Positions 21,357 through 32,169 of a stretch of 64,000 nucleotides of DNA are shown here, piece by piece. Numbering within the stretch: the first letter of the stretch is position 1; each line of letters begins with the position of its first letter. The position numbers were made by a program, and so were the translations under genes. The notes under the pieces were generated by a model. It saw only the letters and a program-made list of their open reading frames with translations, was not told the origin of the DNA and searched no databases. Origin of the DNA: an uncultured Nitrospinota bacterium (GTDB lineage Bacteria; Tectomicrobia; Entotheonellia; J063; CAVPRW01); NCBI GenBank assembly GCA_963707985.1, contig CAVPRW010000028.1, forward strand, positions 1 through 64,000. Reading direction: 5' to 3'.

Positions 21357-22298
21357 ATGAATACCAGGAAATTCATTGACGCTGTGATAGTCGTAGCCCA
21401 TAGAGTTTCCAATAGCATTAAGCTTAGAAATTGTAATAGATACCATGCGGATGGTGATTGGTTGTCTGCTCGACCGATAGTGAGCTTCAGTAAGAATGTC
21501 GATTCCCCGGTCGATTATGTAGAGCTATTAATAGATTGTATAGGAAAGAAATAGCTCAAAATTAAAGAGATCAAAATCGATTCGATGACAAGTATGGACA
21601 CTTCCACTAAGCGGTTTTCATTCCTAGTGGATGTGCTGCGGCAAGTTCCGCCAATCGAATTATCGAGCGCCGCAGAGATTGCCCTTATTGCCGATTGTTA
21701 TCGTGGAAATCTGCAACCTATCGAGGGGAACGCGTGGGTAGGTGACGTCCGCTCTCATTTCAGGATGTCCTCATCGTTCGGAACCAAAGGTAGAATCCTC
21801 ACCACAGTGGTTCGTTTCACTCAGAGCAAGGAATGTCTGGAACTGGGAACAGTCTATGGAATGTCTGCTCTATTTATCCTCGAGGCCCTTAAGGCACCAG
21901 GTACAGAGACTCATTTGACCACCCTTGAAGGAGGGGAACCACAGTTCTCCATGTCATCCAAAATCCTTAGAAATCGCTATGGCAATCACGTGTCCTGTGA
22001 ATTCGGTCGGATTCAGGTAGGGCTGCCAAGAATAGTGAAGACTCTCGAACATGTGGATTTTCTGTTTCATGACGCAGGACATTCGAAGGATGATTATACC
22101 AGGGATTTCCGCACAGTGTTGCCGATCTTGGCGCCAGGTGCCGTTGTCCTCATTGATGACATCCGGTGGGAGGACCCCCGGTTTTTTCAGGGAAATCCCC
22201 GTTGTTATGAGGGCTGGATGGAAGTACTTAACCACAGCAGAGTGCGTCGAGCTGTAGAAATTAATGATACGATGGGTTTACTGCTGTTAGGGGAATAG
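21357..22298 (+). CDS. Class I SAM-dependent methyltransferase; intact core 21585..22298, N-terminal extension cut off by an in-frame TAG at 21552
   Basis: LELGTVYGMS, FLFHDAGHS, LAPGAVVLIDDIRW; ORF 21321..21554 is in the same frame. Confidence 0.75.
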
Positions 22299-22548
22299 AA
22301 GAAAGACAAATCACTCCCTTGCTCATGCCGCGGGGTGTGTCCTTTCTTTGGTCGCCTGTGTGGGCGTTATTCTTGTTCTGCTCCCACCCTCTGCTGTCCC
22401 GCCGACGAGACATCCAGCTCCTCTCCTGAATCGTCCAGAGACTCTGACGGCGTTAACGCAGCGCGACGTCAGAGGCCGTCCACTGGGCGGGGATCCACTC
22501 ATCAGCCTCCAAACTCTTGATCTTCTCCTGATTGTCTTGGAGTAGTCG

Positions 22549-23322
22549 ATGCGACGCGTGCTTATTACCGGAGCCGCCGGTCGGATCGGTCGCGAGATCG
22601 TCGATGAGCTAGCTGGTTCACACGAGCTGTGCTTACTCGATTGCCGGCCGGTGCCCGGTCGAGCGGCAATGGTCGCGGACCTTGCAAATTATGATGGAAG
22701 AGCCCGCGTCAGCCCATGGTCCTGGACGGTACCTCGTCGGTGGCGAGATGCTTTCCAAGGGATAGAAGTAGTCATTCACCTCGCCGAAAATCCGGACAAT
22801 CAGGCGAGCTGGCGGCAAGCACTTCATAACAACCTGCAATCGACTTGGAACGTCCTGCAGGCCTGCGTGCAGCATCGGGTACGCCGTGTGATCTATGCCA
22901 GCTCCAATTGGGCGGTGAAGGCACTGGAGTTGGAATTGGCACCCACATGTTACCTGCCCGACGGACCTAAGATCGGTTCAGAAGCCCAACCACGCCCCAA
23001 AAATCCCTATGGGATTGCCAAAGCCTGCGCAGAAATAACCGGCCGCACGCTAGTAGACGAGCAACAATTGCCTTCTTTCGTGGCCGTGCGGATCGGCTGG
23101 TACCGCCCGGGCACTCCATCGACGAATGAAGACTACCAACAGCTAGGGATTGGTGCACAGGACCTTCGTATGCTATTCCGGCGCTGCGTGGAGGCTGATT
23201 TTGAGGGATTTCACGTCGTCTATGGCGTCTCTGCTCAGGAAACAGCGCCGTACGATCTGTCATATACTCATCGCCTTCTTTCCTGGAAGCCACAGCACTT
23301 GCCATGGCAGGTGGCCGAATAG
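22549..23322 (+). CDS. NAD-dependent epimerase/dehydrogenase (uronate dehydrogenase-like SDR)
   Basis: ITGAAGRIG, YASSN, YGIAK, VRIGW. Confidence 0.85.
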   Translation: MRRVLITGAAGRIGREIVDELAGSHELCLLDCRPVPGRAAMVADLANYDGRARVSPWSWTVPRRWRDAFQGIEVVIHLAENPDNQASWRQALHNNLQSTWNVLQACVQHRVRRVIYASSNWAVKALELELAPTCYLPDGPKIGSEAQPRPKNPYGIAKACAEITGRTLVDEQQLPSFVAVRIGWYRPGTPSTNEDYQQLGIGAQDLRMLFRRCVEADFEGFHVVYGVSAQETAPYDLSYTHRLLSWKPQHLPWQVAE

Positions 23323-23467
23323 ACGAAGCCATTGCCACTTGCCTTTGGCCATTGCTCTCGAAACCAGATACGAGGCAACATCGCGGCCACATGTCGAGTG
23401 ATAGAATTTCGGGATAAGCTGGATTCTGCAGGGAAGGTTAAAGCTGAGTCATTATCTTTCGGAAACG

Positions 23468-24724
23468 TCATGAGCGAGCCACGCCCGGAGAATTTCCCAA
23501 CATCATTCTGCTGAGCGTTCGGCGCATCACCTCATGAGTATAGTGCTCGACAAGACATGCAAAAGCATTCGTGGTTAAGCTGGCTGAGAGCTGCTTATCC
23601 TCCATCAGCCGGCAGCACTGTTCAGCAAAGTGCTGCGGTTGGTCGGCAATGAGGAGGTCGTGCTCGTCCTTGACCTCGAGCCCTTCAGCGCCAATGGAGG
23701 TGCTGACCACGGGCCGTTTAAAGCTAAACGCTTCGAGGACTTTTATGCGGGTGCCACCGCCAGCACGGAGCGGCACGACCACCGCATCGGCCTGGTCATA
23801 GTATGGTGCCAGCTCACTGACCCACCCCATATACCGGTATTCGGGAATATCTCGATAGTGCCGCAAACGCATACTCTGCCCAGAGCCTATGACGGTAAAG
23901 CAAAAAGGGTGTTTCGCCCGTTGGCGCAGACGGGGGAGCACGTGTTCCAGAAAATACACCACGGCATCTTCATTGGGATAATACGACAGATTCCCGACGA
24001 ATAGAAAAGTAAAAGAACCGCCGATTTTGGCAGGGCGAGGATCTGCAGGCAGCTGTATAACGTTTGGCAAGACAACGATATTTTGCCCATCAACGTGGGT
24101 GGTTAATTGGTTTTTATCTGGCTCGGAACACACATAGATGCCGTCAAACCGCGGCAGCAGTTCTCGTTCGAGCCTGGCATACATCTCCGCCGCCTGCTGC
24201 TCCCGCCGTGCTTGAGTGTACAGGCCGCTTGTACGGTAGAGGTCGGCGAGTCGGCGTCGTGTATTGGATTCGATATCGTCCAGATCGAGGTAACAGGCTC
24301 GGAGATGTTTCTGCGTGTGCAGATAGGGCATGGCAAACGGTGCCATATAGAGCCGAAATACATGTACATAATCGAAGCGAATGTTTTGAAAAGCCTGGGC
24401 CGCCTTGCAGATCATGCGCGCGGAAGCGTATCGCCATTCAGCGGGGCGACATGGCTGTGTCCGGACGCTTTGCAGCATGTTGCCCAGACGGACCATGCGG
24501 TGGCAAAACTTTGAAATGTGCACCACGCAATGTTGGCGACACCACGGACGTATCCGAGGGGACAGAGACGTGCGATACGGATCGTGGATGGGGATGATCA
24601 GCAGATACACCTGACAGAAAGCAGCTAAGCCTTCCAGCACAGCACCTGCTCGCATGGCCAGACCATATCCCGTTGCATCCGGAAACACCGGGCTCACAAA
24701 GAGCAGCGTGGGTACGGTCGACAT
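23468..24724 (-). CDS. GT4 family glycosyltransferase
   Basis: FVGNLSYYPNEDAV, VVPLRAGGGTRIKVLEAF, PVVSTSIGAEGL. Confidence 0.92.
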   Translation of the reverse strand: MSTVPTLLFVSPVFPDATGYGLAMRAGAVLEGLAAFCQVYLLIIPIHDPYRTSLSPRIRPWCRQHCVVHISKFCHRMVRLGNMLQSVRTQPCRPAEWRYASARMICKAAQAFQNIRFDYVHVFRLYMAPFAMPYLHTQKHLRACYLDLDDIESNTRRRLADLYRTSGLYTQARREQQAAEMYARLERELLPRFDGIYVCSEPDKNQLTTHVDGQNIVVLPNVIQLPADPRPAKIGGSFTFLFVGNLSYYPNEDAVVYFLEHVLPRLRQRAKHPFCFTVIGSGQSMRLRHYRDIPEYRYMGWVSELAPYYDQADAVVVPLRAGGGTRIKVLEAFSFKRPVVSTSIGAEGLEVKDEHDLLIADQPQHFAEQCCRLMEDKQLSASLTTNAFACLVEHYTHEVMRRTLSRMMLGNSPGVARS

Positions 24725-24850
24725 CACGCATTCCCTTTCACACAAACCCAGCCACGTGGCTTGGTGCCTTCCCAATCGGGCTTATCATGTGGCGTCAATT
24801 CCCTGGACGCATTGCACTCTCTTGAGTCATGAGGGCTAAAGGGAGCATAC

Positions 24851-25727
24851 ATGATATTCTCAGTCATTGTACCGTTTCTCAATGAAGAGCGCTTGATCGA
24901 GCAGTGCATCCACTCTTTGCAAAATCAGCAGTTTGATAAGAATTTGTACGAGCTTCTTTTTATTGATAACGGTTCGGTTGATCGATCGACAGAAATTGTC
25001 CGCCAGTATCAGAGTATCAAATTGCTGTACGAACCACGTCGAGATCCGTATCTCGCCCGGAATCGCGGTATCGAGACAGCTCGGGGGCAATATCTCGCGT
25101 TCACGGACGCCGATTGCCTCATAGACGGACATTGGCTAGCTGAGCTCCAGCATGGGTTGGAAGAGTTGAATGCCGCGATCGTCCTGGGTCGCGTACTCTA
25201 TCCATCGCCCACGTCCATTTTTCTCAAAGGTTATGAGCACTATTATCATACGAAACTCGCCTACTTATTCCACCACAAAATTCAGCAGTGCTACTATGGT
25301 CACGCTGGCAATATGGCCATCAGAGCATCCGTCTTTGATGCGGTCGGGTTGTTTTCCGGGATGCCAATTGTCGGGTGATACCGAAATTATCCATAAATTG
25401 CTGCAACGGGACCCGAAGGCTACGATAGGCTACGCCCCGGAAGCACAGGTAGTCCATGCGGAAGTCCGTCATTTTGGGCAATGTTTATACAAGTTGTTTG
25501 AGTGTGGGCAATATTCGGAGACGTATAGCAAATGTAGTCTGTATCGCCCTCTACATTTCGGAGAGAGGTTTCAGGTGCTCAAAACTTGCATGGCCGACTA
25601 TCATCATGACTCCGGTATGATCCTGACATTGGCAGGCACCCTGCTTATGGGATATCTCAGTTTTGAAGCAGGGCGCGGCGTGCGGCGCTTGCACGCCATA
25701 TTCTCCTGCGGGGCAAGAGAACGGTGA
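24851..25727 (+). pseudogene. GT2 glycosyltransferase, frameshifted near 25375
   Basis: SVIVPFLNEE, IDNGSVD, AFTDADC in 24851..25378; GDTE...QVVH continues in ORF 25170..25727. Confidence 0.8.
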
Positions 25728-26665
25728 GGCGTGACAAGATACCGATCGTCGGGGATTTTCTCCTCGACCGTATGCGGTTAGGGCATAAGCCCGCTGATGT
25801 GCTACAGGGCACCCGCCAGCGCAGCTCCTGGCGCAGTCAGGCGCGCGACCCTGAAACCTTGATCCACCCGGCGCGTGACAGCCTTAAGCAGTACGTACGC
25901 GAACTGTGGCAGTACTCCAGCCTCGTCTACTTGCTGTTGTGGCGCAATATCAAGCTCCGCTACCACCACACCATCATCGGCGCGGCGTGGGCGATTCTGC
26001 AACCACTGCTCACCATGGTGATCTTCAGTGTCCTGTTTGGCAGGCTGGTCAAGGTGCCCACGGGAGGGCTGCCGTATCCGGTTTTCGCGCTGAGCGCGTT
26101 GGTGCCCTGGACATATTTCGTGCATGCCTTGACGTTGTCGACCAGGTGCCTGATAGAGCACCAAGATCTCCTGACAAAGGTGTATTTCCCGCACCTGATT
26201 CTGCCGCTGGTGGCTGTGCTGGAGGCAGCGATTGACTTTTGCATGGCTTTCATGCTCTTGCTCCCCATGATGCTGGTTTATGGGATTACGCCGAGTGGGC
26301 ATCTCTTGTGGCTACCGCTGCTGATGTTGCTGCTCATGGCCACAGTGCTGGGCGCGGGGTTGTGGTTAGCTGCGCTCAATTTGAAATACCGGGACATCCT
26401 GAACGCGCTGCCATTCATGACCCAGGTGCTCCTCTTCGTGACGCCGGTAGCGTATTCCAGCGATTTGATACCTGACGCATGGCGCACGGTTTACGCATTG
26501 AACCCACTGTCCGGAGTGATGGAAGGGTTTCGCTGGACGCTGCTTGGCAACGCTGCAGTCACGGGCGTTTCCCTGGCGGTTTCCATTCTCGCCGGGGCGT
26601 TCTTGCTCGTAAGCGGCTTCATCTTTTTTCGCAGCCGGGAAGATTATTTTGCGGATGAGGTATAA
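25724..26665 (+). CDS. wzm: ABC-2 polysaccharide exporter permease (second copy)
   Basis: RNIKLRYHHTIIGAAWAILQPL, KVYFP, TPVAY, LNPLSGVMEGFR. Confidence 0.93.
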   Translation: MRRDKIPIVGDFLLDRMRLGHKPADVLQGTRQRSSWRSQARDPETLIHPARDSLKQYVRELWQYSSLVYLLLWRNIKLRYHHTIIGAAWAILQPLLTMVIFSVLFGRLVKVPTGGLPYPVFALSALVPWTYFVHALTLSTRCLIEHQDLLTKVYFPHLILPLVAVLEAAIDFCMAFMLLLPMMLVYGITPSGHLLWLPLLMLLLMATVLGAGLWLAALNLKYRDILNALPFMTQVLLFVTPVAYSSDLIPDAWRTVYALNPLSGVMEGFRWTLLGNAAVTGVSLAVSILAGAFLLVSGFIFFRSREDYFADEV

Positions 26666-26668
26666 GGA

Positions 26669-27562
26669 GTGAACGGCTTCGCCATTAGAGTCGAAGGCCT
26701 CGGAAAGCGGTTCAAGCTGGGACAGAAGCGTGGCTCAGCAAGCCATCTTCGCGGCTTGCTGGAAGGGGCTGTGCGCATGCCCTTTCAGCGCTTGAAGGCT
26801 GAGCCGGAACAGAGCCTACAGCGCTACGTCTGGGCCTTAAAGGATGTGTCATTCAGCCTCCGGCAGGGAGAAGTATTGGGCCTGCTCGGTAACAACGGCG
26901 CAGGAAAATCCGTGCTGTTGAAAGTACTCGCCCGCATTACCAAACCGACCGAAGGCTATGCTCGGGTTCGTGGTCATATTGGCGCCATGCTCGAGGTCGG
27001 CGCCGGCTTTCACCCGGAGCTGACCGGGCGCGAGAACATCTACTTGAGCGGCACCATCCTCGGTATGAACCGTGCCGACATTAGCCGCCAGTTCGACGAA
27101 ATCGTCAGCTTCTCCGGGGTCGAGCAGTTCCTACACACGCCGATCAAGCATTATTCCAGCGGCATGCGCGTGCGCCTTGCGTTTGCCATTGCCGCCCAGC
27201 TTGATACGCAGATTCTCCTGGTCGATGAAGTCCTGTCAGTGGCCGACGATGCTTTTCGCGAGCTGTGTATCGCCAAGTTGAAGCAGGCGGCAGAAACAGG
27301 CAAAACCATTCTGATCGTCAGCCATGATCTGAGCCTGATCGCCAGACTCTGTCACCGCGCGCTACTTCTCAAAGCTGGGAGTATCGTGATGGACGATACG
27401 GTCCCGTGCGTGATGCGCAGTTATCTTGCCGCGAACAGTGCGCCTGGAAACACCACGGAAAAATCTCCTAGCGCACACTTTCTTACTTCTGAGGGGCGGG
27501 GGGACTTACCTTCCACTACTGCCACTTCTATGGCTCCTTCCAAACCATACAGGACATCATAG
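26669..27562 (+). CDS. wzt: ABC polysaccharide exporter ATP-binding subunit (second copy)
   Basis: WALKDVSF, GNNGAGKS, GFHPELTGREN, YSSGMRVRLAF, LLVDEVL, VSHD. Confidence 0.93.
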   Translation: MNGFAIRVEGLGKRFKLGQKRGSASHLRGLLEGAVRMPFQRLKAEPEQSLQRYVWALKDVSFSLRQGEVLGLLGNNGAGKSVLLKVLARITKPTEGYARVRGHIGAMLEVGAGFHPELTGRENIYLSGTILGMNRADISRQFDEIVSFSGVEQFLHTPIKHYSSGMRVRLAFAIAAQLDTQILLVDEVLSVADDAFRELCIAKLKQAAETGKTILIVSHDLSLIARLCHRALLLKAGSIVMDDTVPCVMRSYLAANSAPGNTTEKSPSAHFLTSEGRGDLPSTTATSMAPSKPYRTS

Positions 27563-27624
27563 CGCACAACCTTGGTGCTATGATCATGACATCGAGAAGC
27601 AATGGCCGGACAGGCCATGGATAG

Positions 27625-28833
27625 ATGCGGCGCACTGCGTCTGGAGGGACGTCGTCGATGCGGGGGATCAAGTACGTTTGGGAGGTATGGCGTTCGGGCT
27701 ACGGGCAGGCAGCACGGGCCTACATGCGGGGCCTTCGGCGCGCCGGCATTCCGCTCACCTGCACGCCGATGGTTTCCGGCAAGCGCTGGGGCTTATGGCT
27801 AGAGCCATACGACGCCAGGGAGTTCCCGGACGAAGAGTTTGGCGACCTGTGCAATCTCCCGATCGAGTATGACACCGTCATCGTCCACCTCACACCCGAG
27901 TACTATTCCCACTGGCGCGCCCTGGAGGCGGGCAAGAACATGGTTGGGATGACCGTGTGGGAAACGGATACCCTGCAGGCCCACTGGCCGGAAACGCTCA
28001 ACTGCATGGACGCGCTGATCGTCCCCTGTCACTGGAACCGAGAGGTCTTCCTGGCCAATGGTATTACGCCACCGATCGGCGTCGTGCCCCACATCTATGA
28101 CACGCCGCGCCACGGTCGGCCGCCTTATCTGGACGGCGTGCGAGATGACGACTTTGTATTTTACACCATCGGGGCGTGGACTGAGCGAAAAGGCATGCAT
28201 CTCACGCTCGCAAGCTATTTGCAAGCGTTCACGGGCGACGATAGGGTCGTGCTCGTGCTCAAGACCTCCAATTTGAACGAGCGCCGGCGGCGCTACACCC
28301 GCCGCTGGTGGTTCGTCATGCGACACATCGACTCGACACGGCGGGAGATTCACCGTATGCGCCGCGAGCATCCGTCCCCGGCCCGCGTGTTGGCGCTTAT
28401 GGAGCCGCTCTCCGACGCCGAGATGCACGGTCTGCACCTCCGTGGCGACTGCTACGTGTCACTGACTCGGGCAGAGGGCTGGGGGCTTGGCGCGTACGAG
28501 GCAGCCTTCGCCGGCAATCCGGTCATCATGACGGGGCATGGAGGACAATTGGAGTTCTTACCGGACAGGCTCGGCTACCTGGTCGACTACCAGCTAATTC
28601 CGGTGGAACTGAGTGGCGGACCTGACGCCCCCTTTCGGGGCCATCGCTGGGCGGCGCCGGACCTCGCCCACGGCGCGCGGCTGATGCGGGACGTCTTCAC
28701 CCACCCCGAGGCGGCGCGGGAACGGGGCCGGCGACTTCAGGCTTTCGTGCGCGAGAAGTTCGAGGCAGAGAAGATCATTCAGGAGTTGCTGGCGTTTCTC
28801 GAAGCCGTACTCAAGCCTCAAGTCTCGCCCTGA
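27625..28833 (+). CDS. GT4-like glycosyltransferase
   Basis: SGYGQAARAY, TVWETD, ERKG, SLTRAEGWGLGAYEA. Confidence 0.88.
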   Translation: MRRTASGGTSSMRGIKYVWEVWRSGYGQAARAYMRGLRRAGIPLTCTPMVSGKRWGLWLEPYDAREFPDEEFGDLCNLPIEYDTVIVHLTPEYYSHWRALEAGKNMVGMTVWETDTLQAHWPETLNCMDALIVPCHWNREVFLANGITPPIGVVPHIYDTPRHGRPPYLDGVRDDDFVFYTIGAWTERKGMHLTLASYLQAFTGDDRVVLVLKTSNLNERRRRYTRRWWFVMRHIDSTRREIHRMRREHPSPARVLALMEPLSDAEMHGLHLRGDCYVSLTRAEGWGLGAYEAAFAGNPVIMTGHGGQLEFLPDRLGYLVDYQLIPVELSGGPDAPFRGHRWAAPDLAHGARLMRDVFTHPEAARERGRRLQAFVREKFEAEKIIQELLAFLEAVLKPQVSP

Positions 28834-29287
28834 TCACCCTGATCACATTGAAGAAGTTATGAAGTCGCTTCTAACGAAATTGCTAGATATGATTTTTACT
28901 ACCTAATCCATCAGGTGGCACATCGTTATAACTTATCAGGAGCTATCTGTATTGTATCAGAGACGCTGCCCTTCTCTATGGCAGATGATTGGATCATGCG
29001 TTCTATTGACCTTGATTTTGGTCATTGCTAGTACTTGTATTGAAAACGGCTTTTTTGCTAAACCTTCTTTGGCAAAAACAACCTGTTTTATCAATTTTAT
29101 ATAGTTTTTGGAACTTAATTCTGCTCTAAATATAAACTCTCTTCTCCGGATCAATCGCCTCTTTCGAGCTTGTCAATTGAGCTTGATCCTGCTTATTTTT
29201 CAGGTTTTATCCGTAGCACAAATTATTCTGTCCGAGACCTTTCTTGGGATCATTGCAGCACTCAATATCTCATATTGCCTGCTTATC

Positions 29288-30628
29288 CAATACCTTCGCC
29301 AAAACTGGAGACGAGGTAGGGCAGCTGAGCACCGTGTCAAGAGGGAGCTGAGGCAGGGCGGCGGTACCGTGTAGAATATGGATTCCCCCATCCATCTCGA
29401 CAAGAGGAGCCACCGCCCATGCCGGAGATGATCATTGTGTGAGCATGCTGACGCCAGTGTCGTGCTCCTACCACGCGGCGCCGACTCCGTCGGATGACAG
29501 AAGCGATGCTGTCGATGACCGGACGCGTGACGATGCGGGGCATTGCGCGCTGGGCCGGCCGAGGTGGTCGTGACGAAAGCGGGCCAGCAGACCCATGGCT
29601 TGGGTCGGTTGTTTTCCTCCCTGTAGGGGAAACAAGTCCCTGGGCTGGGTTTTTTGCGTGTATCCCGGCTGCGTGTGAAACATCGCACCTCGTACCCGGT
29701 CATGATGGCACAACTGGCTCAGCCGCATATCGAGCTCCCTCAAGCGGTGTCCAAGCCCAAGTCCCAGGGGAAACGGGGGCGCCCGCACGGCAGCAAGAAT
29801 CAGCCTCGGCGAGACGTGGTGTGGAGCACCTCTCGGCGTTTCGTTCAAGAGACGATCAAGCGCTTACTCGAGGTGATTGGCGCTCACGTGCAGGTGAGGT
29901 ACTGTGTCGTTGATGGAGCCTTTGGCCATCACGATGCCCTGCCAATGGTCAGACACTTCAGTTGACATGTGATTTCCAAACGACGTCATGATGCCGCCCT
30001 GTATTTCTCCTATGATGGGAGGTCTGCTGGACGTGGGAAGCGTAAAAAGTATGGTACAAAGCTGGCGTAACGCAAGATCGATGCGGAGTCTTTGAAAGAA
30101 TCGTCTGTAGAAAAAGATATCGAGACGAGAATCTAGCAGATGGCGTGATGGCAGAAGAAATTTGCTGATTTGCTCAATATGGTGGTGATGATGAAAACAC
30201 ATCTACACACACAAGCGGTTGCTCGTGTCGGCTTATGCAGTCGTGACTTGGAGCTTCCGTATCATCACTTGCTTGACGATGATCGTTGACGTTTCCAGCT
30301 GGAGTTCAATGTTCGCGATGCCAAACAATATTGGGGCCTGGAAGATTTCATGACGGTGAACGAAACGCCGGTGTACAACAGTGCGAACCTAGCCATGTTC
30401 ATGGTCAATGTCTCTCATGCCTTGATGCGCCCGATGCACACGCATTGGCCGGAGTTCAGTGTGAACGACCGGCAAGCCTGGTGGTGCAGCAAGAAATATG
30501 TGGTGGAAACCTTACAATTGCTTCCGGAAATGCCGGAGCCGATTTTTATTGATCAGGCGATTGCCCAAGTGGCTAGACTTGGGCGGGTGAACCATGTCGT
30601 CAACCCCCTCTAAATGGCGAAGGTATTA
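29288..30628 (+). mobile_element. Decayed insertion sequence (IS4-like DDE transposase remnant)
   Basis: 13-bp perfect inverted repeats AATACCTTCGCCA (29289-29301) and TGGCGAAGGTATT (30615-30627); transposase fragments with stops and frameshifts (VVDGAFGH, RFQLEFNVRDAKQYWGLEDFM). Confidence 0.8.
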
Positions 30629-30740
30629 TCATCCAGATAACCTTTTTATTGGCTCAAATTGCATGGGCCTATTTCTCACCTCTTCCTAGTTTGGCCATTG
30701 GCTGGAAATGGACTTTTTCCGGAGATAGGACCTCATGCGC

Positions 30741-31955
30741 GGTAGCTCCACAGCTAGCCGTGGTCCCCGTACCACCGCTCAATAAGACGTTTGAGCGCAT
30801 GTGAGGGACGCCCACGTGGCTTGGGTGGCGTCCAACGAGGTGGCGGCACGAGCTACGACAACCGTTCTCGCACACTCCAGCCATGATCCGTGATCCCGGT
30901 GGCCATCGCCGATGTTGTCGCACTCCCGACGCGGCCCAGACTCGCGTGCGGGGTACAAACGTTATAGACCGTGCCGATCAGATACATCCCATGCTGGAGC
31001 GTCAGCGGGCGCCGCGCCAGCGCCCGCCCGCGACGGGTCAGCGCTGCCAGCCGTTCGCGGCATGTGGCGTTGAGTCGCTCGATGTAGGCGGTGTTGATCA
31101 CCCCGTCCCCGTGCGAGCGACGCCGGCGCGTCTCGACACGTGCGGGTGTACCAGCCACGATGCGACGCTCGACGTCGACCACGCGCCGCTGTGCGTCACG
31201 CTTCACGACCTGCGCCATGTAGAGGTGGCGCCAGGGGCGCCACCTCGGGCGCCCCTGGACGCCCGTATACACCGGCTCCCGAAAGGTCTCGCGAATCGCC
31301 CGTATAGACGAGCACAAGCCGTCCGTACGGAACAAGAGCGGGCGGTGCGCGGCACAGCGGCGCACTCGCTCAATGAGCCGGCGAATCAGCGGCATGTCAC
31401 GCTGCGCACTGACCTCACCGGCGAGACACAAGCGGGTTCGGACCATCATCGCCAGGGCCATCCACACGATACCGCCCTGCGTCTTCACGCGGATCTCGTC
31501 GGCTTGGACGTGTCCCAGGTCACGGGGTTGCTCGACCACATACGCTTGGACGGCCTGGCCCTGCTGGCCGGCGCGGGCCCACCAATCTGCCACCGTCCGC
31601 TCATCGAGCCTAAAAGCCGCGACGATAGCTTGCAACGGGCAGCCGTGCGCGAGCCACGTCACCACGATCCCCACCAGCTCAGCCGCGGTACGCAGCCGGT
31701 AGAAGACGGTGCCTTTCGTCGCGGTGAAGGTTTTGTGGCACTGCTTGCAGATACACCGCTGCTCTTTACGCGAATGGATGCCAATATTCCCTTGGCCTCT
31801 TCGGCCTCTGGCGGGACACGCCCGATTGGGACAAAATGTTGTTGTGGGGTCCATGACCGTCCTCCTGGTGGTGCTGGGGAGCATACCAGGAAGAGTATGT
31901 CTGGACCCCCGTTTTCATGCAAGCGCACCTCACCACGGTTTAGTGTGGAGCTACC
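30741..31955 (-). mobile_element. IS1-family-like insertion sequence; transposase from 31854 with premature TAG at 30853-30855 (natural end about 30754)
   Basis: 12-bp perfect TIRs GGTAGCTCCACA (30741) and TGTGGAGCTACC (31944-31955); zinc ribbon CPNRAC...CKQC, HTH, VQADE, TDG, NTAYIERLN. Confidence 0.85.
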
Positions 31956-32169
31956 GAGTCACACGCTGACCTTTCTTGATGTCGTGTTCCGGCTCCCCTC
32001 GCCTCTGCTTGGAAACCGCTGGTAGCCTTTGGTTGGCCGTCAGGTGCTTGATGGGAATTCGTCGCCGTGAGAGGGAGAACCGTTGAGATGCCTGATCCAA
32101 TGGGCTTTGACCAAGACCTCTGTAGGCCTCGATCACAGCCAACCATCGAAGCTGGCCGCAAACCACGCC

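Noticed and set aside
20387..30855. Several in-frame TAG stops as amber recoding (pyrrolysine)
   Set aside because: TAG ends many intact genes here, the radical SAM gene also has a frameshift, and no pyl genes are visible.
30883..32025. 380-aa plus-strand ORF
   Set aside because: Antisense shadow of the IS1-like transposase; no recognisable motifs.
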